A stretch of 64,000 nt of DNA, from contig CM075989.1 in the NCBI GenBank assembly GCA_038087875.1, positions 9,240,001-9,304,000 of the forward strand, written 5' to 3'. Made by a program: the position numbers and the translations under genes. Positions within the stretch are counted from its first letter, which is position 1. Each line of letters begins with the position of its first letter. The DNA comes from Malacoraja senta. Lineage: Eukaryota. The notes below the pieces were generated by a model that had not been told where the DNA came from, did no database searches, and was given only the letters and a program-made list of their open reading frames with translations. This document shows positions 1-12,010 of the stretch, piece by piece.

Positions 1-1216
1 GACTTGATGAGCTGAATGGCCTTATTCTGCTCCTGGAACTTATGGTGTTCTGTATCTTAATTCTGAGAGTTGGTTCATAACCATGAAAGCCTTTGCCAAA
101 TAAAATCAATCACTCTCAGTTCAGATTGAATGTGTGGAGTTTTTGCTCCACTTGGTACAGACTTCAGAGCATTAACCCAGTGACAGAACACCAAAGCTTC
201 CATTTATACAACACCCCATAACCAAGTCAAACACCCCAAGGTGCTTCACCATAGTTTGTCAACCAAAATCTTTTAAGCCGAGCTACAAAATGAGATATGA
301 AGGCAGAAAGTGAAAGAAGAGTGCCATAAAGTAGAAAATGCAAAGTTTCCGAGGAGTGCATTTACATTGGAATAGTTTGAATGCTGGAAGAGATCTTCTC
401 TGTCTTGGGCAATCCTCTGGCATCGAGGATAACCTGCTTCTTCACCAGTTCTGAGGTGGCTAATGAGGTCCAATGTGGGATGAATGGGTTACAGAGATAA
501 CGCAGCGACAAGAAAATGGAAGCATTTGGCCATGGCATTGTTCAATCAGCAAGCACAGGGGAGAGGGATTGGCAAGGATCAGGGCAAGACCAGGGAGAAC
601 ACTTTCTCTCGCCTAGCGATTGGCCATTTAGCAATGAACCAGGAGGTTACCAGAAATTGAAGGCAGCTTGAGATATTTCATTGCCTCGAGATGAGTGGAA
701 GAAATGGAAGGAATTCAGAGGGGCAGTAGAGAGAAGCAAAGAATGTAGATTAGTATCAGGTTACTCCAGCAGAAGGATCAGACATTGGTTTCTATGATAC
801 CTTTAAAATCTGTCCCACGCTCTGTTGAATGAGTTGACTTTTAGATCCTGAAAGACGCTGTCCAGGCCTTGTAATCTAAATTTTAATGCTCATAAAGAAT
901 CTAACGTGCTAAAGGTAAATTAAACAATAAACTAATTGATCAACTCCTCATAAACAGCTGAGGATTAAAAACTGGACGACCCCACTTCAAGATGTGGCCT
1001 TGCACTTACTAGTGTCTCTGGACCAGTTGAATTAGTGTAACTTTTCTTATGAAGATTTTATTTGTCATTTTAATCTGGGAAAAAAAGCTTCTTTATCTCT
1101 GTCTAACATTTGTTGCCATTGGAACAGAAAGTGCTGGAAATACTCAGCAGGTCAGGCAGCATCTGTATAGAAAGAAACACAGTTAACATTTCTGCTCAAT
1201 GATTGACCTGAAAATA

Positions 1217-1528
1217 TAGACTTTAGACTTTAGAGATACAGCATGGAAACAGGCCCTTCAGCCCACTGAGTTTGTGCTGACCAGCGATCACACTGTACAC
1301 CAACACTATCCTACACACTAGGGACAGTTTACAATTTTAGCAAAACCAATTAACCTGCAAACCTGTACGTGTTTGGAGTGTGGGTGGAAACGGGAGCACC
1401 CGGTGAAAACCCACATGGTCACAGGGAGAGTGTACAAATTCCGTATAGACAGCACCCGTAGTCAGGATCAAATCTGGGTCTCTGGCGCTGTGAGGCAGGA
1501 ACTCTACCGCTGCGCCACTGTTCTGCCC
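1217..1528 (-). mobile_element. HE1-type tRNA-derived SINE (V-SINE-like)
   Basis: Minus strand reads TGGCGCAGCGGTAGAG (A box) through a SINE body to a CR1-like tail GGGCCTGTTTCCATGCTGTATCTCTAAAGTCTAAAGTCTA. The same body recurs about 10 times in the window. Confidence 0.85.
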
Positions 1529-2032
1529 TCAGAAATGTTATTTCTATTTCTCTCTCCACAGATGTTGCCTGATCTTCTGAAGTTTCCACAGACTTTTGTT
1601 TTTATTTCAGATTTCCAGCATCTGTGGTTTTTGATTTTTAACTTTCTTACCATACTTCTTGCTGACTGGATTGAGTCTGTAGTGACACTGTGCAACAAAA
1701 CTGAATTCTGATTCCTGGCCCTTCTCTGAAAGTATCTGCTGTTTAATGAAAGGAGATTATTTTCACAGAGACACAAAATACAGCAGATGCTGGAATCTGG
1801 AGAAACAAACAATCTGCTGGAGGAACTCAATGCGTTAAGCAGTATCTATAGAGAGGGGGAATTGTCGATCTTACGGGTTGAAGTTTCCCATGGGTAATTT
1901 AATCTTGGAGTAATGCAAACTGTCAATATTGAAATAATTTCCCTATACACTCTGTTTTATAGTTGTTTTATTGAAATAATTGTAAAGCCTTCTGTGACAT
2001 TGTCTATAACAAGGATTAGTTCAATTTCATTC

Positions 2033-2064
<32 letters not shown>

Positions 2065-2916
2065 ACATTTATTTGTCACATGTGCCAGTTAGCACAGTGA
2101 AATGTGTGGTCACCATACAGCCATACAATAAAAATAAAGAACACAACACACGACAGAGTTCAACATAAAACATCCCCACACAGCAGAATCAAAGTTAGCC
2201 ACTGTGAGGGAAGGCACCAAAGTCAGTCATCTTCCTCTAATGTTCCCCAATGTTCACCCGTGGTCGGGGCCTCCCCGAGCCCACCGCAGTCGCCGCTACG
2301 GGCGGCCCGATATTCAGGCCCGCTCGCCGGGGTGATGTAAGTCCGACGTCGGGGCTGGGGGACCTCAGCGGCCTGGACATCAGGGTCGGCCACCTCCTAC
2401 CGGAGTCCACGGCTCCCAAAGTCCGCAGGCCGCGCTGGGCGGAGATTCAACGCTGGCGGCCCTCGGTAAAGGGCCCCAGGACTCCGCGATGTTGTTCAGC
2501 ACCGGCCGCGCTGGAAGCTCTCCCAAACCGCAGCTCCACGATGTTGGAGCAGCGGCCCAACGCTCCGGAGCTCCAAACGGCGATCCGGGTCGGCATCGCC
2601 CGCTCCGCGGTGAATTCAGCGCTGCGCCGCCGCTGTTGCAGCTCTGGTCCGGTTCCCGGTCCCCGGCAGGAAAGGCCGCTCCGATCCAGGTGGTAGGTCG
2701 CGAGCAGGGGGACGAGGACGCGACTTGGAGAAATAGTCGCGTCCCCGCCAGGAAGCGACTGGGAAACAGTTTCCCCCTTATCCTACCCCCTCCCCCACAT
2801 AGAGAAGTTAATGTTTCCCCCCAAAACAGACTTTAAACTAACTAAAATTTTAAAAAAGATTGAAAAGACAAACAGGCTGTAGGCGGCGGCTGCCGTCAAT
2901 GCGGCGCCCCTAGTGG
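2033..2916 (-). mobile_element. GC/CpG-rich non-autonomous non-LTR element with Rex1/Babar-like 3' end and (ATC)n tail
   Basis: Minus strand starts CCACTAGGGGCGCCG and has a CpG-rich core (~2255-2760). It ends in stem-loop + ACAAATAAA + (ATC)n. Its 3' ~150 nt resembles 57990-58140. Confidence 0.65.
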
Positions 2917-2948
2917 TTCAACTTGTACTATCCCACTGTGGCTAGGTT

Positions 2949-3630
2949 GGTACCAGGCAGTGAAGAAAGCGAATGGTATGTTAGCATTCATAGCAAAAGG
3001 ATTTGAGTATAGGAGCAGGGAGGTTCTACTGCAGTTGTACAGGGTCTTGGTGAGACCACACCTGGAGTATTACGTACAGTTTTGGTCTCCTAATCTGAGG
3101 AAAGACATTCTTGCCATAGAGGGAATACAGAGAAGGTTCACCAGACTGATTCCTGGGATGGCAGGACTTTCATATGAAGAAAGACTGGATAGACTTGGCT
3201 TGTACTTGCTAGAATTTAGAAGATTGAGGGGGGATCTTATAGAAACTTACAAAATTCTTCAGGGGTTGGACAGGCTAGATGCAGGAAGATTGTTACTGAT
3301 GTTGGGGAAGTCCAAAACAAGGGGTCACAGTTTAAGGATAAGGGGGAAGTCTTTTAGGACCGAGATGAGAAAACATCTTTTCACACAGAGAGTGGTGAAT
3401 CTGTGGAATTCTCTGCCACAGAAAGTAGTTGAGGCCAGTTCATTGGCTATATTTAAGAGGGAGTTATATGTGGCCCTTGCTGCTAAAGGGATCAGGGGGT
3501 ATGGAGAGAAGGCAGGTACGGGATACTGAGTTGGATGATCAGCAATGATCATATTAAATGGCGGTGCAGGCTCGAAGGGCCGAATGGCCTACTCCTGCAC
3601 CTATTTTCTATGTTTCTACGTTTCTATTCT
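2949..3630 (+). mobile_element. 5'-truncated CR1 LINE (ORF2 C-terminus and 3' UTR)
   Basis: ORF 2960-3529 contains KKANGMLAFI, LYRVLVRPHLEY, RRLRGDLIETYKI, TRGHSL and RVVNLWNSLP, typical of the CR1 ORF2 end. Tail is a TTTCTATG-type octamer repeat. Confidence 0.93.
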
Positions 3631-6359
3631 CTAGTCACACCACAGGACTTGAAACCAAAGATCTGGACTGACATGACAGATGACCATGCAGCAAATACTA
3701 CACTTTCAGAAGCAATATCCTTCGGTTTTGTAGGAGATTGTAGAAGATCCCATGGAATTGTTTCAGAGAAGAGCAGAGGAATTCTCCCAAAAGACCTGAC
3801 CACAATTTCAATGGAATTGACTATTGGTTAATCATCACACTAACTGGTTCAACTGGCTTACTGTGTGGTTATTGGCCACCAAGTTGACTCAGCATTCAAT
3901 ACATCATCAGCCAATGACATATTTTGTTGTTGAACTTTCAGTGGGTCTCACCAATATTTGATCACTCCATGTCCATCATTCCTCACAGACAGAGGGATGA
4001 TGGCCACACCAATGGTGGCAACACTTCAAACAACTACTTCAGGGGCAGTAAGCACTTTCACCTGTCCTGAGGCTGTGAAAGGTGCTAAAGAAATACAAAT
4101 CTTTCTTTGTCACCTCAATTTAAAATGATCCTTCCCCCTTGTGTGTGGCATCAAGCAGGCAGTATGCACAGGAGACGGAACTGTGTGCTGACCATGCCCC
4201 ATAGATTGGTAGCTCAGTTATTATAGTAATTTTGTTATAGTACCTGCCTCAACTACCTCCTATGGCATGATAGACAATGGACAATAGGTGCGGAGTAGGC
4301 CACTCGGCCCTTCGAGCCAGCACCGGCATTCAATGTGATCATGGCTAATCATCCCCAATCAGTACCCCGTTCCTGCCTTCTCCCCATATCCCCTGACTCC
4401 GCTATCTTTAAGAGCCCTTCTTCAGACAAACCCATGAAGGTGGGTTTTGTCTGAAGAAGTGTTTCGACCTGAAATGCCACCTATTCTTTTTCTCCAGAGA
4501 TGCTGCCTGACCCGCTCAGTTACTCCAGCATTTTGTGTCTACCTCCTCTGGCAACTCGTTCCATATACCCACCACCTGCTGTGTGAAAAAGTTGTCCCTC
4601 AGTTTCCTATTAAATCTTTCCCATCACTTTCAATCTATGTTCTTTGGATCTAGATTCCCAATGGCAGATTCTCATAGTCGCAAACAGCCTTCTAGGTTGC
4701 TTGGCCTAGAATACAATGTTAGAACAACCCTACAATTCAAACATTGCGCTCCTCTGTAAGAGCAGTAGCTGCCAAAATGAACGCTACTCTGCATGGGATT
4801 CTGTTTGATCATCATCTTGGACTGTGGTATTTTTTCCATTAGATTTAAATCTTGACAAAAGCCAAGGGCTTTACTGCAATGGAAGTTGTATCCTGGAACC
4901 CAGGTATTGTGCAAGGGGACAAGAGATAGAAGGAAGATATTGAAGGGTTGTGACTGCCCATCCTCACAGCATTCCCCCTTTGATTGATTAGTACAGTTGT
5001 CAGCGGTTATGGGGAGAAGGCAGGAGAATGTGGTTAGGAGGGAGAGATAGATCAGCCATGATTGAATGACAGAGTAGCCTTGCTGGGCCGAATGGCCTAA
5101 TTCTACTCCTATCACTTATGACTTTATGACCTTATGAACCTTTCTAAATGTTTTTGGTGTTGATATATTATCTTCACTTTGCCTTCAAACCTGCCATAAT
5201 CTTGATGCCATCTCGAACCTCTCAAGATTTAGTCTCCTTGCCTAAGGAGTTTCAGGCTCGTCAGACTGAATCCAGGGAAAGGAGGATCGTCATTTGATGA
5301 CAAATTGGTTCAACCAGCCCTATATCCAGTGGAATTTCAAATCACGAGGAGACATAAATCAAAGGGCATGAAATCAGTCCTTTCTGCCAATCAAGTGCTG
5401 GGTGACCTATTTACATAAATCTATATTAATCTGTGGGTTTTTTCCACCCACATTCTCATCAATTCTCCCTGGGTTCTACCACACACCCACACACTAAGGA
5501 CAAATTTATGGTGGCCAATTAATCTGCCAACTTGCATATCTTTGGGATGTGGGAGCAAACCAGTTCATTCGAAGGAAACCCACACGATCACAATATGCGA
5601 TCTTGGCACAGATCTAATGGAAACTTACAACATTCTGATAGCGTTAGTCATACTATATGTGAGGAGACTGTTTCCCCATGGCTGGGTGGTGTAGAATGAA
5701 GAGCCACAATCTCAGGAGATGGCGAAAGGTGTTCAGGTCTGAGTTCAGATGCCTTCACCCAGGGAGGAGGATGGTGAACCTGTGGAATTCTTCCCCGAGA
5801 TGCATGCAGAGGCCAAGTCACTGAAAATATATACTAAGAAGACAAATAGATGTATAGGTGCAGAGAGAACAAAGTTTTAAGATCAGCCATTATCGCATTG
5901 AATAGCAAAGCAGGCCAAATGTTTTACCCTGCTTACAATAAAAACAGAAAATGCTGAAATGTCAGTCAGCAGGTCAGGCTGCATCTGTGGAAAGAGAAAC
6001 TGAGCTACCGTTTCTGGTCATAAATTGGGCCAGTGACCTTTCTGGAAAATAAATTCATCAAGTGCGTGAAAATCCAAAAAAATTTAGATGCTGATATGAA
6101 ACATTAACTCTATTTCTCTTCCCACAGATGCTGCCTGACCTGCTGGATTTTCAGTTTTTATTTGAGATTTCCAGCATCTTAGTTAATTTTTTATTTCGGT
6201 TTACACCTGCTCCTAGTCTCATGTTATTATATCCTCTTGTATGTACTTGTCATTCTGTTCCCCATGAGCGCACATTCCACAAGTTAGTGCCATGTTTGCA
6301 AGGTTGCCTTTGTAATCCACAACGTACTTGACCAACACTATTCTGTGAAAAATACCATG

Positions 6360-6493
6360 CCACGTACGTGGAATATTACCTCGTGTGTTTTGACCACAGC
6401 AACTCTCCCACAAGCCGGTGGCAGCTTAAAAATAAATCTAGCATCTGCGTATTGGCATTCAATGTGACAAGCTTTAACTGTTACCATGGTAAC
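6360..6493. promoter_or_regulatory. Candidate enhancer with perfect RFX X-box palindrome and a double-ACGTG palindrome
   Basis: GTTACCATGGTAAC at 6480-6493 and CCACGTACGTGG at 6360-6371, in repeat-free sequence. Confidence 0.35.
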
Positions 6494-7418
6494 CCTCTCA
6501 CCATGTCTAATCTGAAGAATTCTGAGTGTCACTGCCATTGGTCAGGGGTGGGATATTGTGGTTGAAAGGACTCACTGACACTGGAGGACTGACATTCTGA
6601 ACAAAAACAAACCTCATGCTAACAACAGCTTAGTAAAATAGAACAAAGCTATGTGTCCAGCTGTGTTAGCCCCACATTTCCTTTACCTCTCCTGGAGGGT
6701 TGAATTCTCCAGATATCTCAGCATCTATAACCTTCCAAATTTCTGCATTCCTCAACCAAACTACTCTTATTGTTACACGAAAGGTATGTGGGGAGAAGTG
6801 AGTGTAGGATTTGTTTGTAAGGAGGGACTGCTAAAATGAGGAAGATGGTGTGTGGGGGTAAGTTGGACTGAACTCTAGGGATCTGGGCTGGTGCGGTGGG
6901 TAGCCTACATTTAGGCTACATTTGTTGCATCATGAGATGGGACCCCCAAAATGTCTGACTGGGAACAAGGAAATGCTCTCCCTGAGCCCACAATGAGAAC
7001 AACTTCCATTCAACCCTCAGTGGCTTCCGACAATTCTTGGACGACAAGAGGCAGAGTTAAGAGAACCTTTCATCAAACGCACGGGCCTGCAGGGATCGTT
7101 GGCAGAATTAAGATGAACAGGTTGCTCCCCCTGTGACTCAACTATTCCCTTGCCTGGCCACTGAAAAGTCAGCAGGGATCTCCCTGGAAGATATGTGTCA
7201 CTAACCTGGCAGAATTACTGGTTGTTCATGTTTGATTGTTCACTGTTAATCATTTTGGTGGTAACATTTACTGCAGCTTTACATCGGATCTACAAAATCC
7301 AAATAGAAACCTTTAAAAGGACATAGTGAGTTTGCTTGGATAGTTGGCACAGATGATGAACTGAATGGCCTACCGTATGTCTGTAACACATGCTGGAATG
7401 CTGGAAAAACTCAGCATT

Positions 7419-7733
7419 GGGCGGGCACGGTGGCGCAGTGGTAGAGTTGCTGCCTTACAGAACCAGAGACCCGGGTTCGATGCTGACTATGGGCGCTCTC
7501 TGTACACAGATTGTACGTTCTTCTGTGACCACGTGGGCTTTCACCGGGTGCTCCAGTTTCCTTCCTCACTCCAAAGATGTACAGGTTTGCAGGTTAATTG
7601 GCTTAGATTTAAAAAAAATTAAATTGTCCCTGGTGTGTTGGATAGTGTTCATGCATGGGATGATCGCAGGTCGACACAGGCTCAGTGGGCTGAAGGACCT
7701 GTTTCCACGTTGTATCTCTAAAGTCTAAAGTCT
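7419..7733 (+). mobile_element. HE1-type tRNA-derived SINE, full length
   Basis: A box TGGCGCAGTGG, B box GGTTCGATGC, central body and tail TCTAAAGTCTAAAGTCT. Confidence 0.88.
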
Positions 7734-8805
7734 GTGGAAATGAGCATCTGGATTTAATTTTAAGGGTGTGCTTTCTGCAGAGGCTGCTTGACCTGCTGAA
7801 TATTTCCAGTGTCATCCGTTCTTACTTCAGATTTCCAGTGTTTGCGGTCTATTTTTCTTTATTTTCATTTATCTACACTGTGACAACTAACACAATGATC
7901 CAAGAGATGTCTGGACCTGTACCTGCACAGGGTGTGAGTTGACAGCAGTTTGGGGTATTGAAGAGGTGATGCAGTAGAGGTTGTGGGGGTGGGGAGGGGG
8001 GAAATATCATGAGAATGGCAGCTCCTAGTTAGAGGGGGACGCTTTTACTGGATGTTCTTTTCGTTTGCTGATACTTGCTGAGGATTGAATTAAATGTCGG
8101 GCTACACTGAGAGCTAAGGCCAGAAATTTCAAGTTGTTCCAGAAGTGATGCAGTAAAAATGTGTAGGAAGGAACTGCAGATGTTAGTTTATGTCACAAAA
8201 TGCTGGAGTAACTGTGCAGGACAGGCAGCATCTCTGGATTAAAGGAATAGGTGAGGTTTCGGGACGGAACCCTTCTTCTTCAAAGTAGGCATACGTGGAG
8301 CAACTTTCGTAGTGGAGCAGACAAGATATGTAAGAAGGAACTGCAGATGCTGGTTTATACCGAAGATAGGCAGCAAATGCTGGAGTAACACAGCAGGTCA
8401 GGCAGCATCTCTGAAGAAAAGGACAAGGTGATGTGGAACCCTACTTCAGACAGTAATGCTGGAGCTGCCCTCATTAGGCTCCATAGACTCTAAGGAACAA
8501 GGTAAGCTCTTTCTGCTCCTCATTAGATCTTGACTGATGGCCATCTGAACAATCTCCCACTTTTGCTCTGTATCTCCTACTATCCTTGCCTCAAAAATAC
8601 CCTCAGTCAAGGTTTGGACATTCTCAATGGATTCGTAAAGTCATTGTTTGTTTCGATCATGATTTCCATTATCTTTCTTTATGAAGCAATGCTGCCTGAC
8701 ACCACCTCTGGATCTAATTTTAAGGCAGACATTCTGGTTCTTAAACAAGTCATCTGGTTCGCCCCTTAATCCAACTCAAGGGAAACATAAACCAACGTAA
8801 TGCAA

Positions 8806-8811
8806 TTTATT
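8806..8811 (-). terminator. Candidate polyadenylation signal of the minus-strand terminal exon
   Basis: AATAAA on the minus strand ~210 nt after the TAG at 9024-9026, followed by GU/U-rich GTTGGTTTATGTTT. Confidence 0.45.
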
Positions 8812-9023
8812 CTCATAATTTCAAACGTTTTGTCGTGTGTGAAATATTTGTAACAGATAAGTATTCACTTACATTATGAAAGAATATGTAATCGGTGGTG
8901 GGTAATCGGATTTGATTTGTATCTTGAGCTGTGGACACCGGAGTGAATTATTTGCAGAAGGTGGACTTTCACTGATGATAAATGTGGAGGAAGCTGAGAG
9001 AGTATGTTTCTGATTACTCCCAC

Positions 9024-9104
9024 CTAGTCTCCCTCTTGCTGTGATATTGCTCCATAGCCTTGAGCTGTCCCAATGGGCATTCTCCTTGTTAGCTCTTCCA
9101 TCAC
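9024..9104 (-). CDS. Candidate terminal coding exon of an unidentified host gene: VMEELTRRMPIGTAQGYGAISQQEGD*
   Basis: Acceptor CTAATTAATCTATTTCAG|GTG, open frame to TAG, then a unique-sequence 3' UTR and AATAAA. Not recognised as a specific gene. Confidence 0.5.
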   Translation of the reverse strand: MMEELTRRMPIGTAQGYGAISQQEGD

Positions 9105-9239
9105 CTGAAATAGATTAATTAGATCAACTGCAGGAAAAGGGAAAACTATCAGAGTTCTCCATTCTTCCAGGGCCAAGCTCAGTGAAGGGATAATCGCTTT
9201 GATTCCCAGATGAAAATTGTACTTTTAGTATTTTACTGG

Positions 9240-9700
9240 TTCAGAAACCCGAACGCCCAGGCACTCAGGAGATTACAAACAGTGGTGAACACTGCCTGGT
9301 CCATCACGGGTACTGACCTCCACACCATCGAAGGGATCTATAAGAGGCGCTGTCCCAAAAAGGCACCTCGCATGAAGGAACCACATCACCCTGGCCACAC
9401 TCTCATTTCACTCCTGACATAGGAGTCTGAAAACTGTAACGTCCAGGTTCCAGAACAGCTTCTTCCCAACAACCATTGTTATTGAACACTACACACTCCA
9501 ACTTAACTACGGACTGCCTGGGTCGCACTCTGGACTTTGGGCTTTGTATTTTTTTAATTTATGGACTACTTTTATTTTTGTTTGTTTTTTACATTATCTG
9601 TTGAGTTCTGTACTTACAGCCTGTGTTGTACTGTGCTGCAAGTAAGAAGTTTATTGGTCCTTTTTGGAACATATGACAATAAAACACTCTTGACTCTTGA
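9240..9700 (+). mobile_element. Rex1/Babar non-LTR retrotransposon, 3' fragment
   Basis: RRLQTVVNTAWSITG...HHPGHTLISLL motif. The 3' UTR ends AATAAAACACTCTTGACTCTTGA. Confidence 0.8.
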
Positions 9701-10082
9701 ACGATAGCACTGTTGTTTCGCACAGGTTCATACAGTAATGCAACACGGAAACAGGCCCTTCAGTCTACCATGTCCAGACCATGTGCGGATTGCCATATGG
9801 GGACCGAAGAGCCTGTTTCCGTGCTATATCTCAGAACTAAACCATTGAGCCCTCATTGACATTAATCCTACACTCCTGTTGAAAATATCAGCAAACATGT
9901 TGACTCCAAGAGGGGCGCCGGGGGGTGGGGGGGGTTGTTAGTGATTTCTCTGAGCACAAACCATCCTAGAATGATGTAAATGTATGATTCAAAGGCAGTA
10001 ACTAATGCTTAGAGTAATGCACAAACACCTGGAAACATTCTCATAGCTTGCAAACATGACCACGTGTAAATTTGAATCAAAA

Positions 10083-10540
10083 AGTTGCTGGAGTAACTCA
10101 ATGGGTCAGGCAGCATCTCAGGAGAACATGGATTGGTGACATTTTGCTTTGGGACCCTTCTTCAGACTGATTGTGGTGATGGTGGGGGGGGGGGGGGGGA
10201 GCTGGAAATGAGGAGGGGCAGGCCAAATCCTGGCGAGTTATAGGTAGATACAAGTGAGGAGGGGTTTTGATAGGCAGATGGTTGGACAAAGGCCAATGTT
10301 AAATAGGCATAAGGTGTGAGATAAGAATAGAATAATTGTGAAATGTGAAGGCAGAGGAAGGAATATAGGTGGAAAGGGGAGAAACCCAGGTGTGTCCAGG
10401 TGCAGCACAGGGGTGGAAGGAGGGGGAGATGAAGAGGAGGGGTGGTGAGATTACTTAACATACATTGGAGATTTCAATGTTCATATCTATCAATGTAAGC
10501 TACCCAAGTGGAATATGAGGTGCTGTTCCTCCAATTTGGA
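10083..10540 (-). mobile_element. Penelope-like element 3' end (GIY-YIG C-terminus, 3' UTR, degenerate hammerhead repeat)
   Basis: Minus strand encodes KLEEQHLIFHLGSL...MNIEISN, then a pyrimidine-rich UTR, then a CAGTCTGAAGAAGGGTCCC...ATGTCACC repeat. Confidence 0.78.
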
Positions 10541-10999
10541 TCAGCATCAAACTGTGGAGGGTGGTCACATCCGAACGTCACCCCATCTATCTGCACTCTC
10601 CAGCCATAGTGTATCAGATCACAGGCAGTTCCTGGGAACCTTGATCAATACTATTCTGTTGCCGTGAGCATGTTTTCTGACACATGCGGTGCTGCGGTTG
10701 TTAAACTCATCACAACACAAGGATGTTCCTGGTGCTGATCTCTCACTTTCTGCTCCCCTTTTAGATCCCAAGCTTACCTGGCCTTTTTTAACATGAGGTT
10801 GAGGTGAAATCCTCTCTTGCAAGCCGCTAGTGCAACTGGGGACATCAGACACACAATGAATGAACTAAACTTAAAAAACTACACAGGCGGTGTCTTTCTG
10901 GAGAATAGTAGGTGTCAGTGTGCTTTTAACATGATTCAGTTGCAACAGCAGTAACCACTTATCTAGCCCGCACCTTTGTTGTATATAGATGAATGTCAA

Positions 11000-12010
11000 C
11001 AGTGTCAAAAGGTGTTCAATTGTAATTTGCATCGGGAACAGAATAATGGATTTCTTACTTGCTGCAGCTTTACAGAACTATTAATGCAACAACACAACAA
11101 ATAAACAATAATATAATAATTAAAAAGTAATTCTAGGTCACCAAACCATAATAGTGCAATCCTTAGTAGGTCACTCTAGTAGGTCACTTAGTAAGTCCAC
11201 TAGTAGTTCGGTGGTGAGGTTGAGTTATGCTTGGCGTTGTGCAAGGTGGTTCAAGAGACTGACGGTTGTAGGAAGAAGCTGGTCTTGAACCTGGAGGTCA
11301 CGGTTCTCAGACTCCTTTCCTTCATCCTGATGGTAGCAGTGAGAAGCGAGTGTGGCCAGGATGGTGTGGGTCATTGATGATATTAGCTGACTTCTTGATG
11401 CAGTGGTTCCTTTTGACCTCTTTGATGGTGGGAAGCTCAATACATGTGTTGGACTGGACAATGTCCACCACTTGTTGCAACCTCCTACATTCTTGGGGCA
11501 AGAGTTGCCAAACCAAGTCATGTTGCAACCAGTCAGTATGCCCCCACCACATAACTGTAGAAATTCAATAGAACAGAGTCATAGATTCATTGATTGATAC
11601 AGTGTGGGAACAGGCACTTCGGCCCAACTTGCCCACACCGGCCAACATGTCCCAGCTACACTAGTCCCACCTTCCAACGTTTGGTCCATATCCCTCCATA
11701 CTCAGCAATATTCAGCAATATGCCCAATCCCCTCAAACTTCTAAGGAAGTAGAGACATTGGTGAGCTTTCATTGTGATTGCATCAATGTGCAGTGCCCAG
11801 GACAGATCATTAGAGAAGCAAGTGCCCAGGAACGTGAAGCTGTTGAATTTCTCTACCGCCATCTTGTCAATGAGGACAGGTTCATGGACCATTCTCTTTC
11901 CCTTCCTAAGTTAACAATCAGCTGCTTCTTGTTGAGAACAAGATGTTTGTGCCCGCACCACTCAGACAGATTATCGATCTCCCTCCAGAACTCTAAATCA
12001 TCGTTACCCA
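11000..12010 (-). mobile_element. Rex1/Babar RT and C-terminal fragment, degraded, with a nested CR1/SINE-tail fragment (~11575-11700)
   Basis: ORFs 11656-11892 (VEKFNSFTFLG...KAHQCLYFLRSLR) and 11322-11552 (RRLQQVVDIVQS...DPHHPGHTRFSLLPSG). Confidence 0.8.

Noticed and set aside
2237..2836. GC-rich overlapping ORFs / apparent host CpG-island promoter
   Set aside because: They lie wholly inside an element with a LINE-type tail. ORFs in many frames reflect GC content. The same applies to 30999-31644 (MITE).
7419..7490. tRNA-like A/B boxes here and in similar copies
   Set aside because: SINE heads: no complete cloverleaf, and each is followed by the SINE body and LINE tail.
8873..9104. Alternative reading as a 232-nt internal exon ending at a GTAAGT donor (frame DGRANKENAHW...PPPITYSF)
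   Set aside because: The frame is open, but the peptide is unrecognisable and the stop + UTR + AATAAA model fits better. Not fully excluded without RNA data.
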